DNA of 60,920 bases, the filler included. It is 7 parts of 7 records of this genome, joined end to end, with 100 filler letters (N's around TTAATTAATTAA, not from the genome) between each part and the next. Parts side by side here need not be neighbours in the genome. Positions count along the whole stretch, not along the records: positions 13,813 to 24,491 come from SRR20825010_6243; positions 24,592 to 29,194 come from SRR20825010_6249; positions 29,295 to 37,588 come from SRR20825010_6252; 4 more parts are not named here. One strand, written 5' to 3'. Under the pieces are notes generated by a model. It ran no database searches. It saw nothing but the letters and a program-made list of their open reading frames with translations, and had not been told where the DNA came from. The position numbers and the translations under genes were made by a program. The first letter of the stretch is position 1. Every line of letters starts with the position of its first letter. Positions 21,424-32,451 of the stretch are shown here, one piece after another.

Positions 21424-21742
21424 GATTGTTTCTGATGAAGATTTTTCAGACTTTAAAGATAAACAATGTTAAGAAATTACCTGCTGTGAAAAATTTTTAA
21501 GCTCATTAATAATGGTTTCATTTTAACAATAAACTTCCCACGCAGAAAATTAGCCGTACCTTCGCCACTTATTAAAACCGTCTTCTTAGTTTTAATGGTT
21601 TTTAAAAAAAAAGACCGAATTCTAAAAGCGCCGCGATAAAGTATCTCCAAGCGCAGCGGTCTAAAAAAATACAAAGCGTAGGTTTTAAGTTCCTAAAAAA
21701 TGAAGAACTTAAATGCAAAGCGCATCAACAAGCTAAAAATAT

Positions 21743-23014
21743 ATGTCATTTAAATCACTCGGGCTATCTGACGCCCTGCTGAAAGCAATCAGCAAAAAAG
21801 GATATGAAACACCTTCGGTAATTCAACAAAAAGCAATTCCATTAGTATTAGAACGAAAAGATCTTTTAGCTTCTGCACAGACTGGAAGTGGAAAAACAGC
21901 AGGTTTTGCCTTACCAATGTTACAAATATTAAGCAATCAAGCACCTTTGCGCCAACGCCCTGTTCGTGCATTAATACTTACGCCAACGCGTGAACTTGCC
22001 GCTCAGGTACAAGATGAGTTTAAAGAATATAGTGAATATACCGATTTGCGTTCCACCGTTATTTTTGGTGGCGTAGGCGCTAACCCGCAAATTCGCGCGC
22101 TTAGAAATGGAGTGGATATTTTGGTGGCAACACCAGGAAGGTTGTTAGACCTTCACGACCAACGCGCTCTTTCACTTTCTAAAGTAGAAATACTTGTGCT
22201 GGACGAAGCAGATAGAATGCTCGATATGGGGTTTCTGCGTGATATTAAAAAAATATTAGCGCTTTTACCCTCAAAAAGACAAAACTTACTTTTTTCAGCC
22301 ACTTTTTCAAAGGAAATAAAAAGATTGGCGAACGACTTTCTTCACCATCCCGTTATGGTTGAAGCAACGCCAGAGAATACAACGGTTGAAAAAATAGACC
22401 AAACAGTTTATAGAGTTGATAAAGCACTAAAAACGGACTTAATCATTAAGCTCATTTCTGATGGAAACTGGAAGCAGGTTTTGGTTTTTACACGAACCAA
22501 ACACGGTGCCAATCGTTTGAGTGAAAAGCTTGAAAAGGCAAAAATTACATCAGCTGCAATTCATGGTAATAAAAGTCAGGGTGCGCGTACAAGGGCTTTG
22601 TCTGGGTTTAAGGAAGGAAAAGTTCGTGTTTTGGTTGCAACAGATATTGCTGCTCGTGGGCTCGATATTCCTTTGTTACCGCACGTTATTAATTATGAAC
22701 TTCCAAATATTTCGGAAGATTATGTGCATAGAATAGGACGAACGGGTAGAGCAGGAGCCAGCGGGGAAGCCCTTTCATTAGTGAGTCTTGATGAGGTTGG
22801 TTATTTAAAAGATATTGAAAAACTTATTGGCGAACGCCTTGAAGCTAAAACACTTCCAGATTTTCAGCCTACCGAAACCATGGCCGATGTAAAAGCTGCC
22901 GAAGCAGAAAAGAAACAGCAAAAAGCACAACGCCATAGCCGTGGAAGGAATGCTGGGAATAAAGCAAATACACAACCAAAATCACGGAATAACAAAAATA
23001 GAGGCAGAAGGTAG
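21743..23014 (+). CDS. rhlE: DEAD-box RNA helicase, RhlE-like
   Basis: [29 protein letters not shown]; basic tail. Confidence 0.9.
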   Translation: MSFKSLGLSDALLKAISKKGYETPSVIQQKAIPLVLERKDLLASAQTGSGKTAGFALPMLQILSNQAPLRQRPVRALILTPTRELAAQVQDEFKEYSEYTDLRSTVIFGGVGANPQIRALRNGVDILVATPGRLLDLHDQRALSLSKVEILVLDEADRMLDMGFLRDIKKILALLPSKRQNLLFSATFSKEIKRLANDFLHHPVMVEATPENTTVEKIDQTVYRVDKALKTDLIIKLISDGNWKQVLVFTRTKHGANRLSEKLEKAKITSAAIHGNKSQGARTRALSGFKEGKVRVLVATDIAARGLDIPLLPHVINYELPNISEDYVHRIGRTGRAGASGEALSLVSLDEVGYLKDIEKLIGERLEAKTLPDFQPTETMADVKAAEAEKKQQKAQRHSRGRNAGNKANTQPKSRNNKNRGRR

Positions 23015-23249
23015 TATTTTCTATTCGCAAACAGAGTAAGTAACTTGTTTTAATATGCTTTTAAACATCTAGATAAGAAAATACAGTCTATTTAGTTTAT
23101 CCTTTGCGGGATGATTTTAATGTTAACTCTATTTTTTTATTACTTCTTAACCAAAAAGTCTAAAATAAGAATTAAAGGTCATAAAAGATATGATTTATTT
23201 TGTAGAAGGTGGTTTAATACTGTCATAAAAACCAATCTTAAGCATCTTT

Positions 23250-24491
23250 CTATTTTAAAGACCTCCCTCTGGGGGCGTTATTTTTTTGAAGTACAACTTC
23301 AGAATGTAAAAAGGCTGCTGCAGCTGCTGAATCTTTCACTTTGGAAGCACTGCGTGCTATCATTTCTGATTCAAATTTGGTTAATACGCTTTTTTTCAAT
23401 CCAACTTCGCGCCACTGTGATTCTGGGCTACATCCTTTTGTAATAGCGCGCGCTAACGCCAAAGCATCCAGTAGAGCTTGGTTTGCGCCCTGACCTTTAA
23501 ACGGGCTCATGGGGTGAGCTGCATCGCCTATTAAAGTTGCGTGTTTGCTTTCTTTCAGCAGTTCTGGCTGCAATAATGCACGGTCATAAACGGGGTAGCC
23601 AGAAATCTGAGCTACTGCCGTTGCCTCTAAAACTTGCGGAATTGGGTCGTGCCATGGTGTTCTGCTACAGGCTTCTTTTTTTAGGGCTTGCGCTCCTTGT
23701 GCACTTAAAGCAATAGCTTCTTTTTCGGGCATGGGGAAGCTAAGTTGCCACATTACTGAATCTGTATTATAAGGCATCATATACATACGTTCGTTGCCAT
23801 TAGCAGTTTGAAAAACCGTTGCAGAATCTAGCAAAGAACTAGTAAAACCTGCAAGCGCCTTTAACGGGCAAATACCCAAAATTACAATACAATCTAAGTA
23901 GCGTAAAGGGGTAGCGTTATCACCAATTAGCAATTTTCGAACGGTGCTCCGTATGCCATCGGCTCCCACAACAAGGTCTGCCTTAGTGGTTTTTAGGGCT
24001 CCATTTACTTGAAAATTTAGCGTAAGCCCTTGAGAAGCATTTTCTTTAAAATTGATTAGTTGATGCCCCCATTGTACCGTCTTATGCTCGCCAAGTTGCT
24101 CTAGCAGTGCTAAACGCAAAGACTGGCGCGCTATGTGAATGTTTGTACGTTTTGTAGCTGTTTTTTTCTCTGTTTGCAACCACTTTCTTAAGCCCCATTC
24201 TCCAATTACTTTTCCATCGGTGGTATGCACCAAATGTCTTGTAGAAATAATTCCTTCTTTTAATAAAATAATACCCAGTCCTTCAATTGCTTTACTGGCT
24301 TGTTGCAACGTAAGGCCATAACCTTGCGACCGAACATTGAAGCTGGTATCGCGTTCGTATAGCGTGAAAGGAATTCCGCGGTGTAAGCATGCTACGGCAA
24401 GTGCCACCCCGCCAATGCCGCCACCAATTATAGCAAGATGGGGATAGTTTTTGGTAGCTGGTTGGGGGTGATTTTCAGTTTGTACTAACCC
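23250..24491 (-). CDS. FAD-dependent monooxygenase, 5' truncated
   Basis: Frame is open to the contig edge and includes IIGGGIGG; GADG and IGDAAHPMSPFKGQG motifs. Confidence 0.88.
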   Translation of the reverse strand, partial: GLVQTENHPQPATKNYPHLAIIGGGIGGVALAVACLHRGIPFTLYERDTSFNVRSQGYGLTLQQASKAIEGLGIILLKEGIISTRHLVHTTDGKVIGEWGLRKWLQTEKKTATKRTNIHIARQSLRLALLEQLGEHKTVQWGHQLINFKENASQGLTLNFQVNGALKTTKADLVVGADGIRSTVRKLLIGDNATPLRYLDCIVILGICPLKALAGFTSSLLDSATVFQTANGNERMYMMPYNTDSVMWQLSFPMPEKEAIALSAQGAQALKKEACSRTPWHDPIPQVLEATAVAQISGYPVYDRALLQPELLKESKHATLIGDAAHPMSPFKGQGANQALLDALALARAITKGCSPESQWREVGLKKSVLTKFESEMIARSASKVKDSAAAAAFLHSEVVLQKNNAPRGRSLK

Positions 24492-24591
24492 NNNNNNNNN
24501 NNNNNNNNNNNNNNNNNNNNNNNNNNNNNNNNNNNTTAATTAATTAANNNNNNNNNNNNNNNNNNNNNNNNNNNNNNNNNNNNNNNNNNNN
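24492..24591. other. Artificial contig spacer
   Basis: N44-TTAATTAATTAA-N44. Confidence 0.99.
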
Positions 24592-27516
24592 CCATGTTTC
24601 TTTTGGATCCCATCCCCAATAGCGTCCCCAACTCTCGTTAGCCCATTGTCCACCAAGGAAGTTTCCAATAGTTAACATTACTAGTCCTACTGTAAGTGCC
24701 AGTTCATTGATAATGGTAAGCTCTTGAATGCTTAAATCCATCTTAGCTTTGTTCTTTTTAGTAGTAAAAATCATCAAGAAAAGCGTTACAATTCCTAAAA
24801 TCATCCCTAAAGTAAATGGTCCATAACTACCAGAAATAACCGCAACGTGGATCATTAACCAATAACTATCTAGTACAGGTTGTAGGTTAGCAATAGCTGG
24901 ATCGAGCCAATTTAAATGCGCTCCAAACAAAATAATAGCCGTTACAAAAGCTGTAGATGCAACTGTAAGCCCACTTTTTCTAGCAAAAAGCAATCCTAAT
25001 CCCATGGTACTCCAAGCTACATATAGCACACTTTCATAAGCATCACTCCATGGTGCATGGCCACTAATATACCAACGTGTAGCAAGTCCTAATGTATGGA
25101 AAACAAATAGAATGAAAATCCCAATGCTACACACTTTTATTAGAATTTTAAGCAGTTTGTTATCTTTAAAAAGCTGAACAATTATAAAAGTAAACATCAA
25201 GAAACCTAATAACATGTACCAAACAAGTAACTCCTGAAAAATATTAATCTTATTGTATAATATTTCAGCCTTAACTTTAGCATCCGAAGGCATTACTTCC
25301 GCTCCATAATTTTTTTGATTCTGCTTAAACGCTTCAACAATCTTGTCTGCTTGCGAATAATCGCCTGTACTTTTAGCCTGTTGTAAAGACATCATATAAA
25401 ACGACAAAGATTTATTGATGAAGTTAGCATACAATGAATCTTTTACTTTGTATGCTCCTTTTTGATATGCTGCTGCAGAAATCCACTTATGATTATCGTC
25501 ATTTGGCAATGGATAAATACGAAGGATCTCTCCTCCTAATGCTTGATTTATCAATCCTAATTTTAAGTCAAAAGCTCTAAAATCTTTTTGAAATTGATTT
25601 GGTATTTTGGTTGCATATGCCTCTTCTAAATAAGACGATAGCTTGTATTTAACCCCATCAAAAAAGTCGACTGCCTTTACATATTTTTGATCAGAAGGAA
25701 CTCCAATAACCGTACGGATACTATCGTTTTTCTTTGTTATATTAATAAAATCTACATTATACCAGAGCCCTGGGTTTTGTAGCATAGAAAGCAATATCTG
25801 ATTGGCATCCATCCCCTCAAATGTTTCAGAAGAATGTAACTTTCTCATTAATTCAGAAGCAAATGTATTTATAGGTTTCATTCGCCCTTCGCTATCTTGC
25901 ATCACTAAAGCGCCAAACTTAGCAGCATGCTCTTTAGAAACAATGGTGGTTTTTAAAATTGAATCTACTTGACGGTCTGTTGGTGCCGTAACATGCATAT
26001 GCTCTTCTTCCACCTGCGGTTCTTCTGGATTATCTATGGTTCCATGCATTGGAATATTTTGCGCAAAACCATTAAAAACAGTAAACAATAGTACCACAAC
26101 AGATAACGCTGCCTTTTTAGCCCTTACTTTCTCTAACATTTCTCCTAAACTAATAAAACGTGTTTTTCCGAAAAACATAATTCCCATAAGTCCAGCATAT
26201 AATAAAAAGTATCCCAGATATGTAATTCTTGTTCCCCATTGGTCGTGATTTACAGAAAGAATAGTTCCTTGTTCATCTGGGTCAAATCCAGATTGAAAGA
26301 AACGATATCCTCCATGATCTAAAACATGATTCATATAAATATCATAATCAAACGGACTCCCATCGTTTACGGTAACTTTACTCATAAAAGAAGAATATCC
26401 TTTTTCAGTTCCTGGATATTTTTCAGCTACAAAATCGTTTAAAGTAATACTAAAAGGGATATCAATTTTCCTAGAACCGTAAGATAAATGAAACTCTAAC
26501 CCGCCTACTTTTACTGTTTTTGGGTCGTTTAAATGTCCTACTCCTCCAAGAATTTTTACTTGCTTAGTTTCCCCATTGGCAGTAACATCTAGAATTATTG
26601 CATCTTGATCGTTCTTAGTTTTTACATCCTTTTCTACTATTCCATACTCTCCTTTTATAACTTGATCTGGAAAAACAAATTGCATTCCAGCTGCATTGTA
26701 TAAAGAGCGGTACATTAAAGGTTGTAAACTATCCTTAACAACAGTTCCTTGAAACTGATCTGCCATTCGCATAAAAGTTCCATCAAATGGAGATTGTATG
26801 GTACTTACACTATCATTTATAGTTAAATTAATGGCACCTTCGGTAGGTTTATTTAAAGCGAATAAAATATTATGAATGCTAGAAACCTCTCCGCTTTTTA
26901 GGTAATGATCGTGTCTGTTACCGCCACCAGCTTCTACTATTTTTAAATAAGTATCTCCATTTTCAGTTTCTACAAGTCCTTCTTCTGCTCCTTCAATAAA
27001 ACCAGCATAAGAAATGGTAAAGGGCGCTCCATTAAAATCGGATTTCCATGGCAAAGAAGAGTTAAGTGCTTCTTTGGTAACCATTATTTCATCCTGTAGG
27101 GCTTTTCGTTTAGGCTCTCCATCAATTTCTCCATCCACAAAAGCAGAAAGATACTTTTTTTGAGATAAAATATAGTCGGTAGTTTGCCCCTCTCTAATAG
27201 GCATTGCTCCTTCATAACCAATATAACGGGTTACAAAAGCTCCACCTATTATTAAAACAAAAGATAAATGTAATAAAAGTACAGGCCATTGTTCTTTTCT
27301 AAATAAGCGGTAGCGTTTTATGTTTCCGAAGAAATTTATCATAAAAAAGAGCATAATTAGCTCAAACCACCAAGTATTGTAAATCCAAATTTTGGAAGTT
27401 TCGGTACTGTACCAATTTTCAATAAAAGTTCCAAATGCCATAGCGGTTGCAAAAACTACAAAAAGAATGGCCATTAAACGTGTAGAGAATAGAATTTTCT
27501 TTAGGGAATCTAACAT
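24592..27516 (-). CDS. ccsA: Fused cytochrome c biogenesis protein CcsB/CcsA (system II), 3' truncated
   Basis: WANESWGRYWGWDPKETW (WWD domain), GHAPWS, WLMIHV; ResB-like N-terminus. Confidence 0.93.
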
Positions 27517-27808
27517 CAGTATTATTTGTTTTACTCACATTGTGAGATTTTAAATACCTCATGGGCTTACCTAAAGGTATTTTTTTAAGTTGAATTTCAG
27601 TGCGCAAAAATAAGGCGTTTTTATGATTTATTACGTTAATTTAGGATTTTATTAGCACGGTAAAAAAAGAGATTTTTACTTCTTGTTTTTGTTGGTTAGG
27701 ACTTGATTGTATATTCCATTAATAATGATAACGCTACAAACAGCCATTTTATAGTAACTTTTTATGTTATAATTAATCAAAATCAACCGCATTCCGTAAT
27801 TTAGCAAC

Positions 27809-28576
27809 ATGTTAAAAATTGTACTTATTGGCGGAGGTAATATTGCGCATCATTTTTTTAAAGTGTTTAGCAACCATAAGTCTATTGACTTAATTCAATG
27901 TTATAATAGGAATCTAGACAAGATTAAGAGTTTTGAAAAATCAACAATAATTACCAATAATTTAAATGAATTACTAGAAGCAGCTATTTATATTCTTGCA
28001 ATAAATGATGATGCCATTCCCGAGTTTTCCAATAAACTTCCTTTTTCAAACAGCTTGGTAGTTCATACTTCTGGAAATGTTTCGATGTTGGATTTAAATG
28101 AAAAAAATAGACGAGGGGTTTTTTATCCGCTACAATCTTTTTCAAAAAATAAAGAAGTAGATTTTAATGAAATTCCAATTTGTATTGAAGCTGAAAATAA
28201 AGCAGATTTAAACATATTAAAAGTCCTTGCGGAAACTATTTCAAGCAAAGTTTTTAAAATCAGTTCTGAACAACGTAAAATTCTTCATGTATCAGCGGTT
28301 TTTGTCAATAATTTTGTCAATCAGTTATATTATATTGGTCACGATATTTGCGAAAAACATGACATTCCATTTGAAATTTTACAACCTTTAATTAAAGAAA
28401 CTTCAAAAAAAATTGAAGAAATCTCTCCTAAAGAAGCACAAACAGGACCAGCAAAAAGAAATGATACAGAAACTATAAATTCGCATTTAGAATTACTAAC
28501 AAACGAAGATTACAAAAACATATACAAACTATTAACAGCAGCAATAATTAAAACTCATGGAAGAAAAAAGCTATAA
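27809..28576 (+). CDS. Rossmann-like + DUF2520 oxidoreductase
   Basis: IGGGNIA, VHTSG, FYPLQSF, QTGPAKRND. Confidence 0.88.
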   Translation: MLKIVLIGGGNIAHHFFKVFSNHKSIDLIQCYNRNLDKIKSFEKSTIITNNLNELLEAAIYILAINDDAIPEFSNKLPFSNSLVVHTSGNVSMLDLNEKNRRGVFYPLQSFSKNKEVDFNEIPICIEAENKADLNILKVLAETISSKVFKISSEQRKILHVSAVFVNNFVNQLYYIGHDICEKHDIPFEILQPLIKETSKKIEEISPKEAQTGPAKRNDTETINSHLELLTNEDYKNIYKLLTAAIIKTHGRKKL

Positions 28577-29087
28577 AGAATACCTAGAACATATTACCAC
28601 CTTTATTTTTGATGTTGATGGGGTTTTAACCGACGGCATTATTTCTATTACTTCTGAAGGGGAATTACTTCGGACTATGAATGTAAAAGATGGGTATGCA
28701 ATGAAAACAGCGCTAAACAAAGGCTACAACATTTGTATAATTTCTGGAGGAAACAACGAAGGCGTACGTGTAAGATTACGCGGACTTGGAATTACAGATA
28801 TCCACCTTGGAGTAAGTAATAAAATAGATACTCTAGATGAATATTTTGATGTCTATAATATCAAAGCTGAAAATGCACTTTATATGGGAGATGATATCCC
28901 CGATTACCATGTTATGAAGATGGTAGGAATGCCTTGCTGTCCAAATGATGCTGTAGCTGAAATCAAAGAAATTTCTAAATACATTTCTCACAAACAAGGA
29001 GGAAAAGGATGTGTTAGAGATGTAATCGAACAAGTATTAAAGGTCCAAGGAAAGTGGAATGATAGCTTTGATGCTAAATATGCTTAG
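28557..29087 (+). CDS. kdsC: KdsC-family HAD phosphatase (KDO-8-P phosphatase)
   Basis: FDVDGVLTDG, KDG, MGDDIPD, GGKGCVRD. Confidence 0.9.
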   Translation: MEEKSYKEYLEHITTFIFDVDGVLTDGIISITSEGELLRTMNVKDGYAMKTALNKGYNICIISGGNNEGVRVRLRGLGITDIHLGVSNKIDTLDEYFDVYNIKAENALYMGDDIPDYHVMKMVGMPCCPNDAVAEIKEISKYISHKQGGKGCVRDVIEQVLKVQGKWNDSFDAKYA

Positions 29088-29099
29088 AAATTATAAAAT

Positions 29100-29194
29100 T
29101 GGTTGTTAGTTATTCGTTAATTGTTAATGGTTATTGGTTAATTGTTAATTGTTAATGGTTAATGGTTAATGGTTAATGGTTGATGGTTGATGGT
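29100..29194. repeat. Degenerate heptamer tandem repeat, consensus TGGTTAA/TTGTTAA
   Basis: 13 full units plus a partial one, running into the contig end. Confidence 0.9.
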
Positions 29195-29294
29195 NNNNNN
29201 NNNNNNNNNNNNNNNNNNNNNNNNNNNNNNNNNNNNNNTTAATTAATTAANNNNNNNNNNNNNNNNNNNNNNNNNNNNNNNNNNNNNNNNNNNN
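29195..29294. other. Artificial contig spacer
   Basis: N44-TTAATTAATTAA-N44. Confidence 0.99.
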
Positions 29295-30059
29295 GTTGGG
29301 ACTGCCATAGGCAATATGGGTGCGTACCTTTATAAGGGAAGGACGTTCGCTCTCTTCTCCAGCTTTTATAATTGCTTTGGAGAGTGCTTCTACATTATTA
29401 CCATCATCCAGTTCCTGTACGTGCCATCCATAGGATTGAAAGCGTTTGGAGGTGTTATCTGAAAATGTGATACTGGTGTCACCTTCTATGGAGATATGGT
29501 TGTCATCATACAAATAAATGATATTGCCCAACTTTAAATGCCCTGCCAACGAAGCAGCTTCCGCACTTATTCCTTCCATAAGGTCTCCATCGCTACAAAT
29601 CGCATACACCTTATAATCGAATAAATCAAAATCGGGTTTGTTGAACCGCGCGGCCATATATTTTTGGGCAATGGCCATACCCACGCCATTAGCAAAACCT
29701 TGGCCCAACGGCCCTGTGGTAACCTCCACGCCGTCCAACAAGTGTTTTTCGGGGTGCCCGGCCGTTTTGCTATGCAACTGCCTAAAATCTTTTAAATCAT
29801 CCATGTTGATGTCATACCCTGTCAAATACAAAAAATTGTACTGGAGAATACAGGCATGGCCAGCAGAAAGTATGAATCTATCACGATTGGCCCAATCAGG
29901 GTTTTTTGGGTTATAATCCATCACCTGTGCCCAAAGTATATGCCCCATGGGCGCAAGTGCCATTGCTGTGCCCGGGTGTCCGGACTCAGCTTGTTGTACG
30001 GCATCTGCCGATAGTATTCTTACGGTATCAATTGCTCTTTGTTCTTTGGTTTTGCTCAT
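29295..30059 (-). CDS. tkt: Transketolase, 3' truncated
   Basis: SGHPG, NRDRFILSAGH, TTGPLGQG, SDGDLMEG TPP motif; start at MSKTKEQ. Confidence 0.95.
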
Positions 30060-30320
30060 ATTCGGGAATTTATGTTTGTTGAAATACACTTCAATACCTA
30101 TATGATATCCATTTTGTATGCTATTGATTGATGGTATCCATAAAAAAATTGGTTCAAACAAAGCAATCCATCGCGGACAATCAGAAATGTGACAACGGTT
30201 GATGGAATTTCAACACAACCCGATACCATTCAAGTTATTTCCTTTTGCGTCAATCTAAGGAATTATGTAGGCTTATCTTTTTGAGCGAACATAAGTTTTA
30301 ACCTTAAAAAATTAGATATC

Positions 30321-30878
30321 ATGAAATTGAAAGAAAAAAGAATTGCGATTTTGGCCACGGATGGTTTTGAACAATCGGAACTGTTTGAGCCTTTGGAAAA
30401 ATTAAAATCAGAAGGAGCCACCGTGGACATTGTTTCCACTAAAGAAGGTGAGATAAAATCTTGGAACAAAACCGATTGGGGAAAAAGCATCAAAGTCGAC
30501 AAAACTGTGGATTCGGCCCACATACTTGATTACGATGCCCTGGTCTTGCCCGGTGGAGTGATGAACCCGGACACATTGCGGACCCATACGGTTGCCGTTA
30601 ACTTTGTTAAAGGTTTTTTCGAAAGAAGCAAACCGGTAGCGGCCATTTGCCATGCTCCTTGGCTTTTGATAGAAGCAGAGGTGATCGATGGACGAAAAGT
30701 AACTTCCTATAAGAGCATTAAAAAGGATGTGATCAATGCCGGTGGGCTTTGGGAAGATAATGAAGTGGTAGTGGACAGTGGCTTGGTAACAAGCCGAAAC
30801 CCTGGAGACCTACCTGCTTTCTGCAATAAAATCGTGGAAGAGGTTTTGGAAGGGAAACATGAAGAACAACATGCCTAA
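30321..30878 (+). CDS. PfpI/YhbO-type DJ-1 family stress protein
   Basis: DGFEQSEL, LPGG, AAICHAPW, TSRNPGDL. Confidence 0.93.
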   Translation: MKLKEKRIAILATDGFEQSELFEPLEKLKSEGATVDIVSTKEGEIKSWNKTDWGKSIKVDKTVDSAHILDYDALVLPGGVMNPDTLRTHTVAVNFVKGFFERSKPVAAICHAPWLLIEAEVIDGRKVTSYKSIKKDVINAGGLWEDNEVVVDSGLVTSRNPGDLPAFCNKIVEEVLEGKHEEQHA

Positions 30879-30929
30879 TATCTTGTTTTCCTAAGAATAA
30901 GAATTGTAAAGCATGTACCAATTAATATG

Positions 30930-30963
30930 GGCGACCGCTTAAAAGTGGTCGCCTATTATTTTT
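30930..30963 (+). terminator. Probable intrinsic terminator
   Basis: GGCGACCGCTT-AA-AAGTGGTCGCC hairpin then T-rich tail. Confidence 0.7.
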
Positions 30964-31127
30964 AATGTAAAGGGTCTCTTTTCGTCTCTCCTTTTTTCTT
31001 GGTTGATGGAAACCTCAGTGGCCTGACCGGGCTCAAAATTATAATTGTCGGGCTTTTCCACAACAATTCTTAAAACGTTATGATTGGTGAATCTTATGGA
31101 TTTGATCTTTACAATGTGCTTTTTGAT
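30964..31127 (-). pseudogene. N-terminal remnant of an FAD-binding FR-type (flavodoxin reductase-like) oxidoreductase
   Basis: Manual translation IKKHIVKIKSIRFTNHNVLRIVVEKPDNYNFEPGQATEVSINQEKRRDEKRPFT; F.PGQ and RPFT motifs; ATC where a start is expected; truncated after RPFT. Confidence 0.7.
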
Positions 31128-31149
31128 GTCTGCTTTATTTTTTTTGAGC

Positions 31150-31548
31150 TTATTTTTTTCCTTCTATTTTATCGTCTATATAACCAAACACAATATTGAT
31201 GATCACTACCAAAATGGTGAGTATGCCCAGTTCCACAAACATGGATGTGGCCGCTAGACACCCAGCTCCCCCACTGCACCATAGTGTAGCTGCAGTAGTA
31301 AGCCCCTTGATTTTGTCTTCTTGCTTTTTTTGCATGATTACTCCGGCACCTAGAAACCCCATGCCTGTGACCACTTGGCTTAACACCCTTGTAATATCTG
31401 CATATTCTTCACCATAGAACCGTAAAGAAACAAGGACATATGCACAAGCTCCCACTGCAACCAAAGTATTGGTCTTAAGCCCGGCATTTTTACCCTTGTA
31501 CTCGCGCTCCAACCCAATGAACAGACCAGCAAGTATGGCCAGGCCCAA
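31150..31548 (-). CDS. MgtC/SapB-family membrane protein (true start uncertain, possibly 31602)
   Basis: IGLERE..AGLKT, QVVTGMGFLGAG, GLTTAATLW. Confidence 0.9.
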   Translation of the reverse strand: MGLAILAGLFIGLEREYKGKNAGLKTNTLVAVGACAYVLVSLRFYGEEYADITRVLSQVVTGMGFLGAGVIMQKKQEDKIKGLTTAATLWCSGGAGCLAATSMFVELGILTILVVIINIVFGYIDDKIEGKK

Positions 31549-31769
31549 CTTTAGGGTAAAGGCGATTACTTCTTGCGAATCGTATGTAAAAAGTTCTGTG
31601 ATACTATTTTGTGTTTACAGTCAATATTTTGAATTTCAAGCAGCAACCTTGGTAAACTACTTTTTTAAAACATTATAGATCAACGTAGAAAACACAATCA
31701 TTAACGCTATAAACAACCTACTTTTTCGGCGCAGCAGGTTGCATTGAAATACTCCACACAAACTTGTAC

Positions 31770-31961
31770 CTAAAAGCTCACGGAGGTTTCAAATATCAAA
31801 CCTGAGAGCAGTACCCCAACGGCAACAATGATCAAAACGACCAATACGACTATAAAACCCGTTTTGGTGGCGCCATTTTTCTTAAAAATATAGTTGCGTT
31901 TTGGATTGTCTAGCTCTTTTACAAGTTCTGTTTTTTCCTCTGGTTGCTTTTCGTTTTCCAT
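31770..31961 (-). CDS. Small single-TM hypothetical protein
   Basis: ATG start after A-rich tract; charged N-terminus and one hydrophobic segment. Confidence 0.6.
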   Translation of the reverse strand: MENEKQPEEKTELVKELDNPKRNYIFKKNGATKTGFIVVLVVLIIVAVGVLLSGLIFETSVSF

Positions 31962-32345
31962 TTTTTACATGTTTATTATTTGATTTACAGGTGCATAGCT
32001 AGTTCAAAATAGCTCTTTCCGATTATGTGTTTGACATATTCCACAAAATTTTTGACGCAAAAAGGAAAATTTGGACGTTGTTTGATAAAGACGGCCAAAA
32101 AACACCATTGAAGAAATGTTGACGAACGACCTGATGCGCTTGTACAATGTTTCTTCCTATTTGGCCGATCACTTGAACTATTTTAGCGTTGCCATTTATC
32201 CAACCAGTTCAAAAAAAACAACTGGACTGACCCCCGATCAGTTCTAAAAAATCGTGAAAATGCACAGGAAGAATGGGATATAATATTATGGACACTCTTT
32301 CCACTTTTTTTAAAAAAAGACTAAAATCTCTTCTGTTGACGATAA

Positions 32346-32375
32346 TTATGTAACAGAATCCACAAGTTATGTAAC
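32346..32375 (+). promoter_or_regulatory. Direct repeat with 21-bp period, candidate AraC-family sites
   Basis: TTATGTAAC at 32346 and 32367 upstream of the araC-like gene. Confidence 0.5.
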
Positions 32376-32451
32376 GTAAACCGTAATATCATCATTACAT
32401 TACCCTTTTACGTTTGGCCCTAACACAAAACGTCTTTAAAACAACAGAACC

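Noticed and set aside
23111-23443. 110-aa ORF on the + strand
   Set aside because: AT-rich, overlaps the monooxygenase antisense, no motifs
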